From a virus (lineage: Duplodnaviria; Caudoviricetes), in the IMG/VR virus record IMGVR_UViG_3300044675_002599, positions 359 through 64,358 of that record: a stretch of 64,000 nt of DNA; one strand, 5' to 3'. The notes under the pieces were generated by a model, which was not told the DNA's origin, searched no databases, and saw only the letters and a list, made by a program, of their open reading frames with translations. This document shows positions 1 to 7,476 of this stretch, one piece after another; position 1 is the first letter of the stretch, and each line of letters starts with the position of its first letter. The translations under genes and the position numbers were made by a program.

Positions 1-74
1 AAGCCAAGATCAATATCACAGACAAAAGTATCACCATCAATAAGTCTTTTAAATCTAATGTTATACTCATACAT
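1..74 (-). CDS. Thermonuclease/SNase-like nuclease, 5' part only (runs off the window)
   Basis: Manual translation MYEYNIRFKRLIDGDTFVCDIDLG. The IDGDT...DIDLG(F) motif is typical of phage SNase-like proteins. TAATG overlap with the upstream stop. Not in the ORF track. Confidence 0.75.
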   Translation of the reverse strand, partial: MYEYNIRFKRLIDGDTFVCDIDLG

Positions 75-460
75 TATCTGTGCCTCGCTGCTTTTTGTGC
101 AACTGTACGTGGCTGCGCTACAAATTGTTTACCTGCTTTATTACCAGCGGCTTTAGCCCTATTAGTAGAAGCTACTTCGCTTTTAGTTAATGATCCCCAC
201 GCCTTATCTGGTAGATAGCGCTTCTTACCTTCGCTTGGTTTGCCATCACTGGTACGCCACTTCTGTTCAGTCCATTTAGACAGACTGTTGTCAGCCTTCT
301 TAGGTCCTACGTATGAACCACCAGAAGCCTTGTATTGTTGTGTTGCAAGTTGTGCTTTACGCGCTGACCATTCGCCGGGATCTCCGCCTTTTGTACCAGC
401 TTTTACACTAGCAACAACACGCTTCCATTTAGTCGGATCTTTTTTAATTGCGCTTGTCAT
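74..460 (-). CDS. Small basic protein, DUF5872-like
   Basis: KGGDPGEWSARKAQLATQQYKASGGSY and KWTEQKWRT...RYLPDKAW motifs recalled for this family. Start placed at ATG 460, 6 nt after a TATACT box (ORF track start is 475). Confidence 0.7.
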   Translation of the reverse strand: MTSAIKKDPTKWKRVVASVKAGTKGGDPGEWSARKAQLATQQYKASGGSYVGPKKADNSLSKWTEQKWRTSDGKPSEGKKRYLPDKAWGSLTKSEVASTNRAKAAGNKAGKQFVAQPRTVAQKAARHR

Positions 461-466
461 GAACAC

Positions 467-472
467 AGTATA
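467..472 (-). promoter_or_regulatory. -10 box (TATACT), probable leaderless promoter
   Basis: TATACT, 6 nt, then ATG at 460. No Shine-Dalgarno sequence. Confidence 0.5.
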
Positions 473-501
473 CAAACAAAAACCACCGCAAATGGGTGGT
501 T
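473..501 (-). terminator. Intrinsic terminator
   Basis: AACCACC-7 nt-GGTGGTT stem followed by TTTGTTTG on the minus strand. Confidence 0.65.
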
Positions 502-564
502 CTTGCCTAATCCAGTACAGGGCTTTCTCTAATAAATTCCCTTTCGGGTACTCATATTATAAGT

Positions 565-1461
565 TCAAATTTCTAGAGTATCCACTACAACGACACCAGC
601 TCCATGCCCTCTAGTAGCATGAGGCTTGCTAACTGAAAGGTTTAACATAAGGCCACCTTTAGGCAGTGAAGGGCTATCCCATAACGCTGCGTATGAATCT
701 TTTCTGCCATGCTTGATCAAATCAGCACTGGTTGTTCCTTTATATGTATCAAAGTAAGATCCAGTCCTAAGAGTAAGCACATCACGTGTTTGCACACGGT
801 TCTCTAAATTGACAATGCTCTTATTAAACATAATCTTGTTATCTCGCCCAGCCTGCCTGTGATGCGTGTGTCCACGCCATATAGCATCTGCGCCTTCGAT
901 CCACATAGCAGCCCGTGAGAAGGTGATGGCGCCCTTAGTTACAGGTGCTGCACCACCAGCCCCATGATGATAGTGAATGACGTAGTGCCCTACACGAGCA
1001 TGTTCTTTATATGGTCGCATCTGAATATGGATAAACCCGTGATATCCACCGTATTGGATCTTGCCATCAGTGCCATTAAGTAATACAACAAGTTGTTTGA
1101 CTGGTTCTATGTGGTGATATCTTGCGACGCTATCATCGTGGTTGCCATCACCAAGCATAATAATGTCATCTCTATAGGGCAGTAGTATTTCGTACGCCCA
1201 TCTGATGCTTTCACCAAGCATGTCATCACCAGCGCTATACATGCGTGGATGTAAATTATTAGCCCGGTATCTTTTACGATCACCGGGCATAATAGCGTCA
1301 AAAATATCACCGTTAACAAGTATCTTAGCTCCGCGTTTCTTAGCGGTTGCAAGTTCTTTTTCTATTAAAGCGTAATCAACATGTAGTCCACCGATATGAA
1401 GATCACTCATTAAGCATAACATTAACTCAGGTGTCTCAACGCAATAGTCAATAACTGTCAT
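565..1461 (-). CDS. Calcineurin-like metallophosphoesterase
   Basis: Motifs SDLH, NGDIFD, GNHD, HG and GHTH. Start moved to ATG 1461, which follows a GGAGG RBS. Confidence 0.85.
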   Translation of the reverse strand: MTVIDYCVETPELMLCLMSDLHIGGLHVDYALIEKELATAKKRGAKILVNGDIFDAIMPGDRKRYRANNLHPRMYSAGDDMLGESIRWAYEILLPYRDDIIMLGDGNHDDSVARYHHIEPVKQLVVLLNGTDGKIQYGGYHGFIHIQMRPYKEHARVGHYVIHYHHGAGGAAPVTKGAITFSRAAMWIEGADAIWRGHTHHRQAGRDNKIMFNKSIVNLENRVQTRDVLTLRTGSYFDTYKGTTSADLIKHGRKDSYAALWDSPSLPKGGLMLNLSVSKPHATRGHGAGVVVVDTLEI

Positions 1462-1491
1462 TTGTTGTCCTCCACTATCAACACTGATTTG

Positions 1492-1500
1492 AGTATAGCA
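1492..1500 (-). promoter_or_regulatory. Extended -10 promoter (TGCTATACT)
   Basis: TGn-TATACT about 30 nt upstream of the phosphoesterase start. Confidence 0.55.
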
Positions 1501-1502
1501 AC

Positions 1503-1531
1503 AAAAAAGACCAGCGTGGCTGACTGGTCTT
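1503..1531 (-). terminator. Intrinsic terminator downstream of tRNA-Asn
   Basis: AAGACCAG-9 nt-CTGGTCTT followed by TTTT. Confidence 0.7.
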
Positions 1532-1687
1532 AATTGTTTGCAGAGTCCAAATTTGTCGGGCAAGAAGGGAGGTTTCTGGCCTTTCAAAGCTCACCTCTCG
1601 GTGGCGAGAATATAATACCACCCTCTGGCAGAAAGAGTAAGAACCAGAGAGTGGCGTTATCCCCAGTGCGTTTGCATACATGGGGGA

Positions 1688-1759
1688 CTCCTACTGCTGG
1701 GATCGAACCAGCGACCGTCCGGTTAACAGCCGGATGCTCTACCGCTGAGCTAAGTAGGA
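1688..1759 (-). tRNA. tRNA-Asn (GTT)
   Basis: TCCTACT/AGTAGGA acceptor stem, TAGCTCAGCGGTAGAGC D-arm, TCCGG-CTGTTAA-CCGGA anticodon arm, GGTTCGATCCC T-loop. CCA not encoded directly after the discriminator. Confidence 0.95.
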
Positions 1760-1765
1760 TTGTGA

Positions 1766-1957
1766 CTATTTAGCCTTATCAGCTATAGCCTTTAGATGGT
1801 CCATATAGTGTTCTAATGCTCTTCTCACGAACCAGCTCCGATTCCGTTTCCCGGCATAGTTCTCTATCATCGCTAACATTTCCGGTGTTAGCCGTAATAC
1901 TAACATCGCTGGAAAGTTTAGTGGACGTATTGCCCGTTTCTTCTTCTCTAAGCTCAT
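1766..1957 (-). CDS. Small ribbon-helix-helix-like DNA-binding protein
   Basis: LVLRLTPEMLAMIENYAGKRNRSWFVRRALE fits the RHH strand-helix-helix pattern. Overlaps the tail of the upstream ORF. Confidence 0.6.
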   Translation of the reverse strand: MSLEKKKRAIRPLNFPAMLVLRLTPEMLAMIENYAGKRNRSWFVRRALEHYMDHLKAIADKAK

Positions 1958-2183
1958 GCATTAATCCTTTACATACATGCACTACAGTCTCAGCATACTT
2001 TGAGTTCTTGGTTAATGCGTATGCTAAAAACCATAGTGCCTTAAGTACGTCTTCGTTGTATGAGGAACCGTCCTTCTTACCAGCTCTAGCAATATAAGCC
2101 GTAGCGGTAAAAAGATACCTGTCAAGGTTCCAAGCGTCAGCTGCATGTACAGGTTGCAGATCACCCTGATTGTAATACGCCAT
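1779..2183 (-). CDS. DUF3310-like phage protein
   Basis: YYNQGDLQP...YIARAGKKDG...EDVLKALWFL resembles the DUF3310 pattern. Confidence 0.6.
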   Translation of the reverse strand: MAYYNQGDLQPVHAADAWNLDRYLFTATAYIARAGKKDGSSYNEDVLKALWFLAYALTKNSKYAETVVHVCKGLMHELREEETGNTSTKLSSDVSITANTGNVSDDRELCRETESELVREKSIRTLYGPSKGYS

Positions 2184-2641
2184 TATAATCCCGTGGACCC
2201 TAGTCCTTTGTCACCCCGAACACTATCCCCATCATCAAACAAGTCGCCATCAACAGGCAATGCAAGGACAACAACAGGAACAGTATTAATAACAAGCTGC
2301 GCAATACGCATACCGGGCTGTACAAAAAATGGTTCATCACTTGAGTTCTGAAGTATCACAAAGATCTGTCCAGTGTAGTCACTGTCGATGGTACCGGGAG
2401 AGTTAAGCACCCATACGCCATACTTATGCGCTAGTCCAGAACGGCTACGTACCTGAGCTTCCCAGCCTTGATCTAGGCGCACTCCATACCCAGTTGCAAT
2501 AGTTGTACGCTTGCCGGGATCAATCCTCACAGCGCTCGATATATGGGCAAATAGGTCATATCCTGATGCACCATCAGTCGCCTTCTGCGGACGATACATA
2601 TCAGGTGCATCTTTAAACCGTATTAGGTTAAACCAGTTCAC
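2183..2641 (-). CDS. dut: dUTPase (trimeric)
   Basis: Motifs ASGYDL, RSGLA, GTIDSDYTG, RIAQLV and RGDKGLGSTG. Confidence 0.95.
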   Translation of the reverse strand: MNWFNLIRFKDAPDMYRPQKATDGASGYDLFAHISSAVRIDPGKRTTIATGYGVRLDQGWEAQVRSRSGLAHKYGVWVLNSPGTIDSDYTGQIFVILQNSSDEPFFVQPGMRIAQLVINTVPVVVLALPVDGDLFDDGDSVRGDKGLGSTGL

Positions 2642-2880
2642 TCGACAGGAGCCTTTTCCATTGCAAGCTCAGACAGTGCAGTCTGCTGGAAGTCAATGAG
2701 GAACCTAGATGGAACCTTATGGCCATCGTTACGTAATACATATATCATTGTGGCCGCATCAGCAAGATTATTGCAGACATGCTTATTGCCACCAAGGGTA
2801 ATCTCATACTTACCACCAACCAACATCTTCACTTCAATGTCGCTATCTTTACCAGTCTTGATCAAGTACATATCTTCCAT
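2638..2880 (-). CDS. Hypothetical protein, first gene of the leftward operon
   Basis: 80-aa ORF coupled to dut and preceded by an extended -10 box. Confidence 0.6.
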   Translation of the reverse strand: MEDMYLIKTGKDSDIEVKMLVGGKYEITLGGNKHVCNNLADAATMIYVLRNDGHKVPSRFLIDFQQTALSELAMEKAPVE

Positions 2881-2899
2881 CCTTTATTGGGTGTAATAC

Positions 2900-2908
2900 A
2901 TTATAGCA
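2900..2908 (-). promoter_or_regulatory. Extended -10 promoter (TGCTATAAT)
   Basis: Perfect TGn-TATAAT 20 nt upstream of ATG 2880. Confidence 0.65.
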
Positions 2909-3142
2909 CAGAACATTAAAGAGGGGAGGCTCATTTTGATGGGGTGGTAGTGTTTCTCCGGCGGGAGAAGATATATAGAGCAGAGATGATCTGTAGCTTT
3001 CTGAGTCCCATATAGGTTGACTGGGATAGGGTAGGGGGTTGCCATGCCACCCGGTGTACCCGCCCCCCACCCCCAGCACAACTAAGTTGAATTTGGTTTC
3101 TGGGTTATTATAGGTGTAGGCTCGAACCGGTGGTTCGGGTAT

Positions 3143-3195
3143 GCGGTACGGGGACATGATGCAGGGTAATACTTTGCAATATGTCCCCGTATCGC
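3143..3195 (+). repeat. Long inverted repeat / hairpin
   Basis: GCGGTACGGGGACAT (3143-3157) pairs with ATGTCCCCGTATCGC (3181-3195). Inner stem TGCAGGGTA/TACTTTGCA. Confidence 0.8.
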
Positions 3196-3202
3196 TTTAC
3201 TA

Positions 3203-3230
3203 CAAAAACAAAAACAAAAACAAAACAAAA
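3203..3230 (+). repeat. (CAAAAA)3(CAAAA)2 tract
   Basis: Read directly. Ends 15 nt upstream of ATG 3246. Confidence 0.9.
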
Positions 3231-3245
3231 GGGTGGTATTAGACA

Positions 3246-3671
3246 ATGTCTACAATGTTTATTGATGCAGTCAAGCGCGAAGGTTTCGCGGGTAGTGTAG
3301 CGGGTTCGTTCGATGGTATCGCGGGTGTATTGGATACCTGCGGTATAGAATCGCGGGTTATTACGTCCGCGTTCAATACCCTACTAGATGTAGCGGTAGT
3401 GTTCGATATGTCTGAAACGGACGCGAACGGCGAACGTTTGGCGAAGGTTGCGGAGGCGTTCGTCGCCTTCGTTTCCCCGGTGGTACAAGATGCTACGAAT
3501 CGTCGTACCCGTGCTGAGTTTGAAGCACACTTTGAAGTTATCGCCGCGCTGAAGACTGTCAAGTCTACGGTGGTGGTGTTGACGGATGAGCAAAAAGCCG
3601 CTCGAAAGCGTTTCAACGCTACAGCGACTCGTGTAAAGAGCGAGAAGGCCTTCTCACCCTACACCGGGTGA
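3246..3671 (+). CDS. Hypothetical protein, first rightward (early) gene
   Basis: 141-aa ORF between an A/C-rich leader and a strong terminator. Confidence 0.7.
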   Translation: MSTMFIDAVKREGFAGSVAGSFDGIAGVLDTCGIESRVITSAFNTLLDVAVVFDMSETDANGERLAKVAEAFVAFVSPVVQDATNRRTRAEFEAHFEVIAALKTVKSTVVVLTDEQKAARKRFNATATRVKSEKAFSPYTG

Positions 3672-3679
3672 GTTGGTCG

Positions 3680-3711
3680 CTACCCAGTACACAATACTGG
3701 GTAGTTTTTTT
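3680..3711 (+). terminator. Intrinsic terminator
   Basis: CTACCCAGTA-CACAA-TACTGGGTAG followed by T7, running straight into TATAAT (3711-3716). Confidence 0.85.
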
Positions 3712-3779
3712 ATAATCACTTACTTTCTCCCTAGTGCGTTCAGTACTAGGGAGTATTTGTTTGTATGGAGGTTAGGACA

Positions 3780-4379
3780 ATGGGATTGAACACACGTTCA
3801 ATAGGTAATGCGTTACGCTTACAGCATGAGCTGGACGAGCATCGCGACGACATTATTGCGCACATACAGAGAGTAATGCTCTCTAGTGCAGTCTTGTACT
3901 CACCGGCTGCGAAAGCAATCATGAGCGATAGCCAAGAGATGTTTGATGCATCCTTTGAAGGTATCAGTGCTACAGAGTGTGAGCCTATCTATTACTGGAT
4001 GGTTGCGCTTGGCGCTATGATTATGGAGCGTCCAGACCACGCTCTCTCCCTAGTGCATGTTGATGAGATTTCAGGCAACATCATGCGTACATTCCAGTAC
4101 CTTGAGACCAATGTAGCCAAGCGTGATGCTAATGACTACAAATACTCCCTAGAGCACAGGGACGGTCACTGGTGTTTGATGGCTGCCGCGACAGCTGAAG
4201 TACTAGGCCATACATTCCCTACCACGGTAGAGATTGGCTTCTTGCACTTTAGTCGCCAGCACGTGACTAATCTCGAAATCGAGATGTACGAACGTGTTGC
4301 TCGTGTGTTCATCACACAACACTGGGATGCACGTAAGTCTGAAGAGGTCCGCAATGGCCTCGACTACTCCAACGACTAA
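3780..4379 (+). CDS. Hypothetical early protein
   Basis: Long ORF. GGAGG upstream of ATG 3780. Confidence 0.7.
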   Translation: MGLNTRSIGNALRLQHELDEHRDDIIAHIQRVMLSSAVLYSPAAKAIMSDSQEMFDASFEGISATECEPIYYWMVALGAMIMERPDHALSLVHVDEISGNIMRTFQYLETNVAKRDANDYKYSLEHRDGHWCLMAAATAEVLGHTFPTTVEIGFLHFSRQHVTNLEIEMYERVARVFITQHWDARKSEEVRNGLDYSND

Positions 4380-4436
4380 TAATGGTGAGGGTGGTGGCAA
4401 CATCACCCTCCCGTGGTTCGATTCCACGGTTAGTTA
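4374..4436 (+). ncRNA. tRNA-like element lacking an anticodon loop and D-stem
   Basis: GACTAA/TTAGTT closing stem, TAATGGT linker, 10-bp GCAA-capped hairpin, CCGTGG-TTCGATT-CCACGG T-arm. Confidence 0.6.
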
Positions 4437-4496
4437 TCTCCCTAGTGGGGAACAACAGGTGAGCGACCTTCATACGCATACACAAGGATAACAACA

Positions 4497-4697
4497 ATGT
4501 TCAAATTTCTTAAGCTCCGCAACCTCACTGCATTCGAGTGCACACTCATCAAAGCGTGGTTCTGTGCATGTATCTTCATCATTGGCGCATGCTTTACAAT
4601 GCTCGGACAGAATATGCGTATCATGGAACTTGAATCACACATCGCGTCAATGCAAGACGAAGACGCTAACGCGGACGCTATCGCGCAAGTCAACTAA
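4497..4697 (+). CDS. Small membrane protein
   Basis: 66 aa with hydrophobic segment AWFCACIFIIGACFTMLG. AAGGA RBS. Confidence 0.6.
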   Translation: MFKFLKLRNLTAFECTLIKAWFCACIFIIGACFTMLGQNMRIMELESHIASMQDEDANADAIAQVN

Positions 4698-4708
4698 TCA
4701 ATACACAG

Positions 4709-4742
4709 GCCATCACCTCCGGGTGGTGGCTTTTCTTTTTTT
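4709..4742 (+). terminator. Intrinsic terminator
   Basis: GCCATCACC-TCCG-GGTGGTGGC followed by TTTTCTTTTTTT. Confidence 0.85.
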
Positions 4743-4766
4743 GCGTGTCTGGAGGCACATTAACAA

Positions 4767-4988
4767 ATGCGTAATTCATTCGAACTTAAAATGGATGTTA
4801 ATACTGCACGTGATGCAGAACACCAACTACACAAAATGTACGGCGATCTACGCCACCCTATGGTTATTGCTGCGACCTCTCGCAAGCGTGACCTCATCCG
4901 CCAAATGGATGACGCAATCATGCGTGAAATGATGGACGGTAAACGCAAAGACGTAGAAGCTTTCTACGGTATGAGGAAAAAGAAATGA
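4767..4988 (+). CDS. Hypothetical early protein
   Basis: GGAGG RBS. ATGA-coupled to the next gene. Confidence 0.65.
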   Translation: MRNSFELKMDVNTARDAEHQLHKMYGDLRHPMVIAATSRKRDLIRQMDDAIMREMMDGKRKDVEAFYGMRKKK

Positions 4989-5218
4989 CAAGAGAACAAG
5001 CAATCATGGCTGTGCGCGTATACGCAGCATGGCAATACGACACTGACATCAACGTGTGGTCGGTAACATCACGCGAAAAATATATTGAGCGTTACCTTGA
5101 TAGCGTCAAAGACCTGCCAGATACATTCCTTATCAGCATTGGGCAAACCGCACTGGACGCTATGCAAAACCCCGTCGGTGATCTCGTCAAACAACTTAGG
5201 ACACTGCAAGCACTATGA
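4985..5218 (+). CDS. Hypothetical early protein
   Basis: Translationally coupled on both sides. Confidence 0.65.
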   Translation: MTREQAIMAVRVYAAWQYDTDINVWSVTSREKYIERYLDSVKDLPDTFLISIGQTALDAMQNPVGDLVKQLRTLQAL

Positions 5219-5601
5219 TAATCCCCTCCGATTTCTGCACCCTTGATGTAGAACCAAAAGTCTACACAATAAGCCAACAACCTCATCTCAAAACAACCCC
5301 GATAGCATACGCCCTCTTCACTGAGGGCGGACACTACGATGAAGAGAACGACGAATACGAAGAAGGCACATATGTAGTACATATGGACCATCACAACATT
5401 GCACACGTGATCATGTGCAAAGACTTCTTTGTGGCACAAAGCGTACTCAAAGAATATATGGATGCAACACAGAACACCGCATACATAAGTGGATGCCCGT
5501 TGGAATCTGTCAATGATGGACACAACATCCGCTATTACGAATCATCAACCGTAATCGTAGATATGACACTCGCCGAATACCTAGTAAGGATAAAGAAATG
5601 A
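5215..5601 (+). CDS. Hypothetical acidic early protein
   Basis: Coupled ORF with acidic patch YDEENDEYEEG. Confidence 0.65.
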   Translation: MIIPSDFCTLDVEPKVYTISQQPHLKTTPIAYALFTEGGHYDEENDEYEEGTYVVHMDHHNIAHVIMCKDFFVAQSVLKEYMDATQNTAYISGCPLESVNDGHNIRYYESSTVIVDMTLAEYLVRIKK

Positions 5602-5933
5602 AAGTAACAATCGACACCAAGAACTATACGGAAGCACAGCTCCGTACACTCGTACGCCAAGGCATCATCGACAAGAGTGTTCTCCGCAAGGAAACACTCG
5701 ACCCCATTGCGATGGAAGCAATGCAGTTCATGCACGTCCACTACACCAACGATCAGATCTCTGCAATGGCCGGTGTCAAATCCGCAACATGGGTCTGGAA
5801 CATGGCACAAGGCAACATTGTCAAGATGTACAAACTCGTCATTGACAACATGAACATCACACCAAGTGAACTGCTGATTATCCAGTCAGCTGCACACGTG
5901 ATGACACGCATATCACAACGTAGCATCAAGTAA
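5598..5933 (+). CDS. Hypothetical protein, possible HTH
   Basis: YTNDQISAMAGVKSATWVWN resembles a helix-turn-helix. Confidence 0.55.
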   Translation: MKVTIDTKNYTEAQLRTLVRQGIIDKSVLRKETLDPIAMEAMQFMHVHYTNDQISAMAGVKSATWVWNMAQGNIVKMYKLVIDNMNITPSELLIIQSAAHVMTRISQRSIK

Positions 5934-5935
5934 GG

Positions 5936-6050
5936 GGGAGGGTCTAAAAATTAGTACCCTCCCAAAAATAGTAACCGGGAGGGTCTAAATTTAGTAACCC
6001 TCATTACATTGAATGATAATTAATTTAACTATATATTGTCCATGGACAAT
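5936..6050. repeat. Tandem palindromic repeats, AT-rich tract and 16-bp palindrome (candidate origin)
   Basis: GGGAGGGTCTAAAAATTAGTACCCTCCC (5936-5963), GGGAGGGTCTAAATTTAGTAACCCTC (5977-6002), AT-rich 6003-6035, ATTGTCCATGGACAAT (6035-6050). Confidence 0.75.
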
Positions 6051-6066
6051 GGGAGCTAGGTAATAC

Positions 6067-6381
6067 ATGGAGCTGAGAGTAGGACAGAACGTACGCAACG
6101 TACGACGCCCAGATGTCATAGGAATAATCACATCATTGGAAGCGCCCAACAATCAATGGGCAAGACCACAAGACCGTAGAGTCATGGTCAGATACCCACG
6201 AGTAACCATCATGTCCAATGGTAAATGGAAAGGTGGCATCCTTGATGAACTGCCAATAGACCTTCTCCCTACAGGAGAACCTATTCATCCTGCCTTTGAC
6301 TCATATAAACGTAGCGGAGATCAAGGCACCGGTGAAGTTAGAATGCTCGCACACAAAAGAACAAGAAGGAAAAATAAATGA
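6067..6381 (+). CDS. Hypothetical protein, possible SH3-like barrel
   Basis: LRVGQNVRN...IGIITSL...VMVRY pattern. Confidence 0.6.
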   Translation: MELRVGQNVRNVRRPDVIGIITSLEAPNNQWARPQDRRVMVRYPRVTIMSNGKWKGGILDELPIDLLPTGEPIHPAFDSYKRSGDQGTGEVRMLAHKRTRRKNK

Positions 6382-6491
6382 TAATCATCGGATGTTTCTG
6401 CATCGTAATACTATCCATCCTATTTCTATTAGGATGGTTTTTTAATTCAATCGAAATCGCACAAGGCAAAATAGATGACAACAAAGAATAA
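6378..6491 (+). CDS. 37-aa single-pass membrane protein
   Basis: Manual translation MIIIGCFCIVILSILFLLGWFFNSIEIAQGKIDDNKE. ATGA overlap, fills the gap. Below the ORF-track cutoff. Confidence 0.55.
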   Translation: MIIIGCFCIVILSILFLLGWFFNSIEIAQGKIDDNKE

Positions 6492-6879
6492 ACAAATCAT
6501 CAGTGCCCATGAGTTGGCACGTAACGTAATCAAGGCCTACGAGATAGCTGACGCCCTCATCACGGGCGTTGAGTTCCATAACTCAGAGAATGGTAGGTCA
6601 AAGCATCGATCGACTATCAATGGCGTACTTGAAGTCAGATTACATATGCATTATGAACGCATGACTTCTGCTGTGTACACAATCTACATTCAGATACATG
6701 ACAACAAGTGGACTTTAACCACAAGCGGTTATCTCAATGATGTCAATGTCGAGTATTCAAGTACTGATACTGACATGACATACAACTACCTTGATCTTAA
6801 AGAATGGGTTAATGACTTTGTTGCCACCGTCTATCAACTCAAAGTTGCAGAAGTACACGGCATCGTAGTCATCCCATAG
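6475..6879 (+). CDS. Hypothetical early protein
   Basis: 134-aa ORF in the co-oriented array. Confidence 0.65.
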   Translation: MTTKNKQIISAHELARNVIKAYEIADALITGVEFHNSENGRSKHRSTINGVLEVRLHMHYERMTSAVYTIYIQIHDNKWTLTTSGYLNDVNVEYSSTDTDMTYNYLDLKEWVNDFVATVYQLKVAEVHGIVVIP

Positions 6880-6885
6880 TTAGAC

Positions 6886-6914
6886 GTGAGGGATGCGTCT
6901 CACCAACAACGCAT
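6886..6914 (+). repeat. 29-nt intergenic repeat, copy 1 (predicted H-type pseudoknot)
   Basis: GTGAGGGATGCGTCTCACCAACAACGCAT. Confidence 0.9.
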
Positions 6915-6928
6915 GAAAGAGAAACACA

Positions 6929-7147
6929 ATGACTGACGAACAAAAGAAACATCGTTACTATAACTGGGTTCGTGAACAAAGATGTCTTAGCCTTATGCTT
7001 GGCACAACGTGGGAAGAGCCAGTTAAAGAAGATGGTACCGATGAAGATGACATCAATATCTTATGGGATTTTTATGTCAATACCATCAAACGTCAATTGG
7101 ATGAAATTGTAGCTAAACTTACAGAGTTAGAAAGAAAAACACAATGA
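6929..7147 (+). CDS. Hypothetical early protein
   Basis: 72 aa. A-rich leader after repeat copy 1. Confidence 0.65.
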   Translation: MTDEQKKHRYYNWVREQRCLSLMLGTTWEEPVKEDGTDEDDINILWDFYVNTIKRQLDEIVAKLTELERKTQ

Positions 7148-7476
7148 CAGATCTTACACATTACAGGACTATCATCCTGCGATTCGCTTACTTACATATC
7201 CACCCCGGTGGTGGTCTTGCCGCGATGATTATGCTTAAACCCGGCTTTGAAGACAAACTCGATCACATAGCACAAGCTAATCTGTGTGAGTTGCTCAAGT
7301 TTGCAAATGGTCATGTACCACATGACACACGCAATGCACAAGGATTCAATGACTGGCTTGGCGAGGAGCCAAACATGTTTGAGAAAGAGTCATTCAATAA
7401 GTGGATGTCGGCAATCACACCGATGCCACGACCTACACCAGCAGGATGGGAGGAAGTAGATACTACAAATGGCTAG
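7144..7476 (+). CDS. Hypothetical early protein
   Basis: Coupled 110-aa ORF. Confidence 0.65.
   Translation: MTDLTHYRTIILRFAYLHIHPGGGLAAMIMLKPGFEDKLDHIAQANLCELLKFANGHVPHDTRNAQGFNDWLGEEPNMFEKESFNKWMSAITPMPRPTPAGWEEVDTTNG

Noticed and set aside
505-562. Possible hammerhead-like ribozyme after the phosphoesterase stop (TATGAG...CCCGAAAGGG...GAAA)
   Set aside because: The CTGANGA core and three consistent stems could not be built.
2849-3157. ORFs 2849-3157 and 2884-3081 across the divergence region
   Set aside because: They overlap a clear promoter, G/C runs and hairpins, have atypical composition and lack an RBS. The region is more plausibly non-coding.
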